A stretch of 64,000 bases of DNA. Origin: Vicinamibacteraceae bacterium. GTDB taxonomy: Bacteria > Acidobacteriota > Vicinamibacteria > Vicinamibacterales > Vicinamibacteraceae. Both the position numbers and the translations under genes were made by a program. Position 1 is the first letter of the stretch; the number at the start of each line of letters is the position of its first letter. The stretch lies in NCBI GenBank assembly GCA_031407765.1, contig JANOIR010000077.1:219-64218 (forward strand), written 5' to 3'. The notes under the pieces were generated by a model. It did no database searches. It saw nothing but the letters and a program-made list of their open reading frames with translations, and was not told the DNA's origin. Shown piece after piece: positions 45,101-54,100 of the stretch.

Positions 45101-48100
45101 GACTACCTGACGCTCGGCCTGTACGATGAATCCGGCAGCCTGGTCGCGCGGATGAATCCGTTCCTGACCCCGGGCTACCTCGACCTCGGCAGCAAGGCCA
45201 ACAACTACTTCACGGTCGATTCGGGCGGCAACTACGTCCTCAACCAGGCGGTGGCCGACCCGCAGCTCTATTACGAGTTCACCGATCCGGACAAGAACTA
45301 CCAGATCCGGGCCGAGTCGTACCGCCACTACCTGGCCGCCAGCCCGTACAGCGACGGCTACCTCGGCGTGGTCTCCAGCGGCCAGTCCTACGACCTGGTG
45401 GTGGCGATCCAGAACCACGAAGTCAACCGCGAGGCGATTTCGCTGGTCGGCAAGACGATGACCTTCATGGACGGCACCGGCAAGGGCCAGAGCGCGAACG
45501 TGATCGCCTACGACCCGCTGACCAGCACCTACACGCTCGACAAGCAGCTCACCAACCCGTCGACCCTGCTCGTGGGTTCGGGCTTGACGACGGGCATGTT
45601 CTCGTCGTACCAGATCGATTACTCGATGCAGAGCGAGTTCCCGGGCTACTCGTCGAACTTCGACACCTTCGAAGTGGTGCTCACCGGCCGGCCGGGCGAC
45701 GTCACCACGGTCGACGTGGTGCCGCAGGTGACCGGCAGCTACAACTCCGACAAGGCCTTCTCGGCGCGTGACGGCTACGGCCTGCACGAGGCGGTGCAGG
45801 TCGACGTCGCGACGCCGCAGGCGAAGATCAAGCTCGCGTACGTCGACGCTGCGGGCAACGCGGTCACGAGCGTCGCAGGCGTCGAGACCTGGGTGCTGAC
45901 CCTGGGCGGTACGACGCTGGCGGAATCGACCTTCAGCTCCGCGACCGTCGCCGGGACCACGTTGACGGCCATCGCGACGGACCTGATCACGCAGGTCAAC
46001 CTGGCGAACATCGGCTACGTCGCGAGCAACGTTGGCGAGAACATCCTCCTGACCCGCTACAACGGCGACCGCCAGTCCTTCGTCGCCAAGCTCGCGGTGA
46101 AGGTCGGCAGCGGTTCGAGCGCGGTGCCCGATACCAAGGGCGCGATCGGGATCACCCAGTCGGACGCCAACAAGCAGCTGACCATCAGCCTCACCGGCGA
46201 GCCGCGGGTCGGCGAAGACTGGAAGGTCACGATCACGTCCGGCGCGTTCACCAGGACCTACACGCAGGCGGTCGGATTCGGCGACGAACTCGCCGACATC
46301 GCCGAGCACCTGAGCGCGCAGATCAAGGCCGAGAGCAGCGTCAACTTCCGCACGCTGCTCAAAGGGCGCGAGATCGTCGTCACGCGCGTGGACGGCGGCG
46401 TGATCACGTCCGCCAGCGCCGCGATCACCCCGGACAGCCGCGGCAGCGCCGCGGTCACCGCACAGCTCGTGTTCTCGAACGTGAACGGGGCCCTGAACGC
46501 CTGGAACATCCCCCAGAAAGTCGTCGTCACCGCGGTGGACGACCAGGTGATCGAGGGCGGCGACCTGAAGGTGTTCCCGGCGATGGACGAGCACGTGAAC
46601 CGCATCCGCGGGCCGCTCGTGATCCAGGGCGGCATCATCCACACCGAGGACAACGCCCTGCGCAATCCGTTCATGCTGCCGGGCGAGAACAACAACCCGC
46701 TGATCGAAGGCAGCACCACCGCCGACGCGGCGTCCGCCGGTAACACCCTCACCGACATCAACGCGGTGCACTACGACCCGCTGCGCGGCCAGATGCCGGG
46801 CTTCGACCCGCGCATGGACACCAGCACCACGGGCTTCCTCTACGACATGACCGTGGTGACCGGCGTCGGCACCGGCATCACGCAGCACGTCGAGGCGCTC
46901 ACCGGCACCGGCGTCGCGATCAAGTCCGAGACGCTCGGCACGGCGTTCTCCGCCTCGATCAGCGTCACCAGAAGCGATGGCGTCACTGTCGGCACGGGCT
47001 CCGGCACCATCAGCGGCACGGGTACTTCGGCCACCACGTACTCGAATGCGACGCTGGTGCTCGAAGGCGCGGTGTTCAAGGGCCAGGAATGGAGCATCCG
47101 GCTCAACGGCAGCACCGGCCCGACCTACACCTACATTGCGGGCTCGCGCCCCGGCGGTGGGCCGACCGACGATGTGCTCACACTGGACGTGGTGGCGCAA
47201 CGCCTCGCCCAGCTCATCAATGCGACCCCGCCGGCCGGCGTCGCGGCGACTACCGGCACCTCCATGCTCAAGCTGACCAGCACCACCGGCGTGAGTATCG
47301 ACGTGCTGAAGGGGCGCGCGCGCCTGAGCGATACGATCGCCACCGGCGCCACAAACTGGGAGCTGGCCCAGATCCAGCTGGCCGGTTCCCCTATCGACGG
47401 CTCCGTTACCGCGGGCGATCGCTGGAAGATTACGCTCGGTACCGCGGACTTCGTCTACATCGTTTCGGCCGGCGACACCCTCGCCAAGGTCGCGCGCGGG
47501 CTCGCCGACCAGGTCGACCAGGCGCTCGCCTACCACGCCGACGTCAAGCTCGACACGGTGCGGTTCACCTCGACGTGGGGCGCGGCGCTGACGAGCGGCA
47601 CCGGCTACTTCATCAGCCCGGTCAACAGCAACATCCTGGCGGTCGAAGCCGACCAGGTGGACGTGCTCAACGTCTACAACCGCAACAGCGTCTCGAACGA
47701 CGTCGGCACGCTGACCGAGAACCGGCTCTACGGCTTGGGCATGGGCCCGGACAGCGTGGTCGGCGGCAAGGCGATGAACGGCGGCATCACTTACGCCGGC
47801 CTGGAGCAGGTCAATCTCAGGCTGGGCTCGGGCAACGACCACATCGTCGTCGAGTCGACCCATCAGGGCGCCACGACGATCAGCGGCGCGGCGGGCGACG
47901 ATTGGATCGAAGTGAAGAAGGTGTCGGGCCACACCACGCTCGACCTTGGCACCAGCGTGACCACCGGCAACCGGGTGGACGTGGGCAGCGCCGACAATCG
48001 CGTCGACCAGGTCACGGGCCTCCTCGACATCATCGGCGGCGTCCAGGTGGTCAACCAGGCGCCGACCACGGTGCAGCTCGACACGGTCAACGTCAACGAC

Positions 48101-51100
48101 TCGGGCGACACCAACGCCAACACCGGCACTCTCACCGCCACGACGCTGACCGGGCTCGACATGGCCTCGGTCGAGGAAATCCAGCTGGTGCGCGTGCAGG
48201 CCAAGTCGGGCACCTTCCGCCTCACTTACACGACGCCGAACGCGACGCCGCTGCCGGTTCCGGTGACCTTCACGCAGGCCGATTTCGCGACCGCGGGCGT
48301 CGCCGCGGGCAAGGTGCAGGCCGCGCTGCGCAGCCTGTACGACAACACGACCGACATTCTCGTATTCGAAGACAGCCGCGAGGCGCTGGACGACGGCGTG
48401 CACGCCGTGACCTACAGGGTGGTGTTCACCGGCAATCTCGCCGGCCGCAACATGGAAGAGATCATCTGGGGCGAGACGCGCGCGGCGGCGGCGGCGACGC
48501 TGCAGGCCTTCGCGGGCGAGTCGATCGACGTCGGCGTCACGACGCTGCGCCAGGGCACCCCGACGCCCGCGATCGGCAACGTGCAGACGGTGACCGTCAA
48601 CGGCGCCGGCAGCTTCACGCTTACGATCAATGTTCCGGTTCCTGGCGGCACCCCGCTGCAGACCACGCAGACCACTGCTTCGATCCTGGTCGGCGCCTCG
48701 GCGGACGAGGTGCTCAAGATCCTCGACCTTATCCTCAACCCGAACGGCTCTGTCCTCGATCCGCTGAACGATCGCAACGACAACTCGAAGCCATACACGA
48801 ACAACGTCGCCGTCACGAAGGTCGGCAACGTCTACACGATCGCATTCCAGGGCGAGCATCGCGCCAAGGCGATCGTCGCCACCACCGGCAGCGTCGAAGT
48901 CGCCACGCGCACCAGCGGCATCAACTACTACGGCCTCAATACCCTCAATGTGACGCTCGGCTCGGGCGCGGATATCTTCAACGTCCAGGGCACGAGCGCG
49001 ATCACCAACCTGAAGACCGCCGGCGGCAACGACCAGGTCTTCGTCTCCTCGAGCGCCAATGTGCAGACCGACAGCGTGGTGACGCTGCGCAGCGGCGATC
49101 CGGCGGTCCTGGGATACAGCCTGGCCGAAGCGGCCGTGTCGGTCGTCATCGAAGTCAGGAACTCGAGCGGCGCGGTCGTGAAGTCCTTCACCCTTGGCCA
49201 GACGGCGGCGGGCGCCTATTCGCAGGCCTGGGACGGAACCGACACCCTGGGGCAAGCGGTAGCCGCAGGCACCTACACCTACTCGGTGACTGGCGTGCGC
49301 TCGACTGGCGCGCTGACGCAGGCCTCCGGCGACACGCCCGCGCTGGCCTTCAGCCTGGCAGAGGCGGCGGATTCGGTCAGCGTCGTCGTGAAGGATGCGA
49401 CCGGAGCCGTGGTCAAGACCATCGCTCTGGGCGTTACTGCCATAGGCGCGCACGCGCCGGTATGGGACGGCACGAATGCGGCGGGGGTGCTGGCGCCCTC
49501 GGGCCGATACACCTACACGGTGACCGCTACGCGCGCCAACGCGACGACCTTCGCCGGAATTGTCTCGACGTTCGCCGGCGTCGCAACGACGGCCAACGTA
49601 TCCGGGTTCCTGGCCGGCAACACCTTCGCCTTCCGGGGCGAAGGGGGCCATGCGCCGGCGCTGACGTATGAACTGTCGGCTGGCGTTGCCCAGGCCCTGG
49701 TCAAAATCTACGACACGACCGGAACGCTGGTGCGCACCATGACGGTGAATTCGCCGGCTGCCGGAACGCACACCACCACCTGGGACGGCAAAAACGAGAC
49801 GAACCAGCGCCTTGCGGCCGGCACTTACACCTACCAGGTGACCAATGCGCTTGGCGCGATCATCGGCACCACCGCCATGAACGGCACGCTGGACGCGGTG
49901 AACGGCCTGCTTAATATTGACTCGGGCAGCGGCACGAACGCGCTGATGGTGAGCGACGCGGGCTCGCGCGCGCCCAACACGGCGACCCTGAGCAACAGCC
50001 AGATCCTCGGCCTTGCCTCGGCCAACATCAATTACGTGGCTACCGCGAGCGCGCGCAACCTCGCCGGCACCGTTGTCGACACGCTCGGCGCCACGGGAAC
50101 CTTCGCCGGCGGCATCACGGTGTGGAGCGGCTACGGCGTCGACAACGTGACGGTCGCCAGCACCCGCCTTGAGACCGACGCGACGAAGCGGACGATCACG
50201 ACCCTGAACACGGGGCTGGGCGGCGATACCGTCGCCGTGAGGCTGGACGCCGTTGCCGGCTTGCCGGGCGACGGGATCGCGGACGGATTCTTCGCGCTGA
50301 ACACGCAGGGGCCGTTCGACCACGATTTCCTCGTCGGCCCCGCGCTCGGCGCCGACGACGACAAGGTCGACGCCAGCCTGTCGTCGCTGCCGCTCGTCAT
50401 CTTCGGCGGCCAGGGCAAGGATGAGATCGTCGGCGGCAGCGGCAACGACATCATCTTCGGCGACCGCGGCCGCGTGGAGTACACCGATTCCAGCGGCGCG
50501 GTGGTGCAGGTGCTCGGCTGGGGCGGCCTGGGCGACAGGACCGACGGCCTCGTTCACCTGGGCGGCGTCGCTCGCTCGGTGAACCTCGAGGTGGGCGCGA
50601 ACGACTACATCGATGGCGGCGAAGGGCGCAACGTCGTGATCGGCGGCAAGAATGGCGGCGGCGCGCTGCTCCATGCGGCGGCCGGCAGCTACGACGGTGA
50701 CTACCTGTGGGTCGGATCCGGCAACGACGTCGTGCTGGGCGACAACGGCCGGGTAGCGTTCAACGCGGCCGGCGACGTAACGCGCCTGGAGACCACGGAC
50801 GTCGATGCCTCGACTGGCGGCAACGACACGATCCGCGCCGGCGAGGGGGACAACCGGATTCTCGGCGGGATGGGCGTCGACACGATCACAGTGGGCAGCG
50901 GGAAAGACGCCATTCTGGGCGACAACGGCTTCATGCAGATGGACGTCAACGGCGGCAATTTCGAGACAATCGCCACGAACTCGCTCGCCTCGACGGGCGG
51001 CAGCGCCACCAGCCTGGGCGACGCGGACATCATCACGGGCCAGGACGGCAAGAAGATCGTGCTGGGCGGCGACGGTGGCGACACGATCAAGCTGGGCGAT

Positions 51101-54100
51101 GGCACGGCCGGGGTGAACGAGCACATCGTGCTGGGCGACAACGGGGTGGTGACCTTCGTGCCGCTGAGCGCGGGCGTGGCTGGCGGCGCGGGCAAGGTCC
51201 TGAGCTACGAGACAACCGACACGGTGGCGGGCACGGGCGGCATCGACCGGATCACGCTGGGCGATGGCACGGCGACGATCCTGGGCGGGATGCACGGCGA
51301 CATCATCATCACCGACACCGGCACGACGGTCGGTGGCGACGGGGCGGACACGATCCTGGGCGACAACGGCCTGGTGCAGATGGACATCCAGGGCGGCAAC
51401 TACGCGCTGATCGAGACCAAGTCGCTGGCCTCGACCGATCCGACGAGCCTGATCACGAGCCTGGGCGGGGACGACCAGATCACCACGGGCGATGGCAAGA
51501 AGATCGTGCTGGGCGGCGACGGGTTCGACCAGGTGACGATGGGCGCGGGCGATCACATCGTGCTGGGCGACAACGGCATCGTGACGTTCGTGCCGCTCAG
51601 CGCGGGCGTGGCCGGTGGCGCGGGCAACGCGCAGAAGTTCGAGACGACGGACACGCTGGACATCAGCTCGGTCGGCGGCACGGGCGATCGGGACAACATC
51701 ACGATCACGGGCAACGGCAACAACACGATCCTGGGCGGCATGGGGGTCGACACGATCATCCTGCAGAGCAACGTCGCGGGCGGCGCGGACGTGGTGCTGG
51801 GCGACAACGGCGTGGTGGAGATGGACGCGAAGGGCGTGAACTTCGCGCAGGTCACGACCAAGTCGTTGACCTCGGCCGGTGGCGGGACGGCGGACCAGGG
51901 CGCGGGGGATATCATCACGGCGCTCGACGGCAAGAAGATCGTGCTGGGCGGCGATGGCGGGGACACGATCAGGCTGGGCGATGGCACGGCGGGGACGAAC
52001 GAGCACATCGTGCTGGGCGACAACGGCTCGGTGACGTTCGTGCCGATGCTCGATGGGCTGGGCAACCCGAGCGTCGGCGCGGGCAAGGCGCTGAGCTTCA
52101 AGACCACGGATACGGTGCAGGCGACCGGCGGCATTGACCGCATCACGGTGGGCGACGGTACGGCGACGATCCTGGGCGGGATGCACGGGGACTTCATCAC
52201 CATCGATACGGGCACGGCGCCGGGCGCAGACGGGGCCGACACCATCCTTGGCGACAACGGCCTCGTGCAGATGGACACCCAGGGCGGCAACTACGCCCAG
52301 ATCACGACCTACTCCCTGGACTCGGCGGGTGGTGGCGTGGATGAGCTGGGCGGCGCCGACCAGATCGTGACCGGCGACGGCGCGAAGACCATCCTCGCTG
52401 GCGACGGCGGTGACACAGTCACCATGGGCGAGGGCACTCATACCGTTCTGGGCGACAACGGCAGCATCGGCTACGTCGCCCTGGGCCAGACCGGCGCCGG
52501 GAACATCCTGACGATCGAGACCGCGGATACGCTTGCGGCCACCGGCGGCAACGACCAGATCAACTCCGCCAATGGCACCAACGTGATCCTCGCCGGCATG
52601 GGGGCCGACACGGTCACCACCGCCGACGGCAGCGACATGATCCTCGGCGACAACGGCAGCGTGCAGATGGACGCCGCCGGCCAGGTGTTCCGCCAAGTGG
52701 ACAGCACGGAGACGCTGCAGGGCACCGGCGACGCGATCACCGCTGGCAACGGCGCGAAGACCGTCGTGGCCGGTTTCGGCGACGACACGGTCGATGTCGG
52801 CACCGGCACGCACACGCTGCTCGGCGACAACGGCAGCCTCAGCTACGGCCCGACCGGCATCCTTTCGTACGTCACGACCACCGAGCCAACCCGGGGCGGC
52901 GATGACGCGATCGAAGCCGCCGGCGGCGATACGCTGGTCATCGCGGGCCTGGGAGACGACACCGTCACCACGGGCGCGGGCGTGGACGTGGTGGTGGGCG
53001 ACGACGGCCGGATGTCCTTCGACGCGGCCGGGCGCCCCGCGATGGTGGAATCCACCCAGCCCGGCATCGGCGGCACGGACACCATCCATTCGGGCGAAGG
53101 CAACAATGTCCTGATCGGCGGCTTCGGGCCCGACAGCCTGGTTTCGGGCGGCGGAGTCGACATGCTCATGGGCGACGGCGGCCGCGTCACCTACGCCGGC
53201 GGGGCGCTCTACCTGGTGGAGAGCATCGATTCCTTCATCGGTTCGAGCGACTTCCTCGATGGCGGCGCAGGCCAGAACGTCCTGATCGCCGGCGACGGCG
53301 ACGACGTGATGGTTGGCGACCTCACCAACGACATCCTCGCGGGCGATTACGCCGCCGTGACCTTTGACGCTTCCGGCCACGTGACGTCGGTGATGCGCTT
53401 CGGCGGCCTGGGCGACCTGATCGCGCAGGTGCAGGACAGCCTGTTCACCTACACGCGTCCCGACGACGCGGCAGCGGCGGACCCGCAGGTGTATCGCGGC
53501 AATCTCATCCTGATCGGCGACGCGGCGAGCGAGCTCCGGCGCCTGTACGTGCTTGGCGACTACCTGTCTCTGCCGGTCTTCTCCGGGTTCGATTTCGCGG
53601 CGGCCCAGGCCCAGCACCACAGCAGCTCGAGCGTGGCCTCCCAGCCGGCCTCCTCGGCGACCCCCGGCAGCGAGTCCGGAGCCCCCGCGAGCGAGCCGGG
53701 TGCCGCCCCTGCCGGCGAGGAAGGGCAGGGCGAGCAAGGCGGGCAAGGTCCGGCCGAAGGCGCGCAAGAGGGCACGCCGTCCGCGGCAACGTCGAATGAA
53801 TTCGGCGGCGACAGCACCGGCCTGCAGATACTGGAACTGCCGCAGGTCGAAGGGAACGCGGCCGGCAGCTTTACGCTCGGCACCACTGGCCAGTCGACGC
53901 GCGACCAGCCGACGCGAGACCAAGCGGATCGGCAGCAACTGGCGCTCGCCGGCCTGGTCGGCGCGCAGGCCTGGTATGGCCGCCGGCAGGAGAGTTCCGC
54001 GCCGCGCATGACGGGCGCCACGACGGCGACGTCCGCGGGCAACAGGGGCGCCTGGATCCGGCCCGCCGGAGAAGCCGCGGCCGCGGGCGAGGTCATGCTC

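Noticed and set aside
14530-52370. Off-frame plus-strand ORFs inside the giant gene (for example 14530..15444, 15883..16812, 29938..30852, 47089..49671 of 860 aa, 50707..52137 of 476 aa)
   Set aside because: Their products are Arg/Gly/Pro/His-rich nonsense-like sequences, which are alternative-frame artefacts of high GC content. There are no start contexts or motifs, and they are fully nested in a frame with strong protein evidence.
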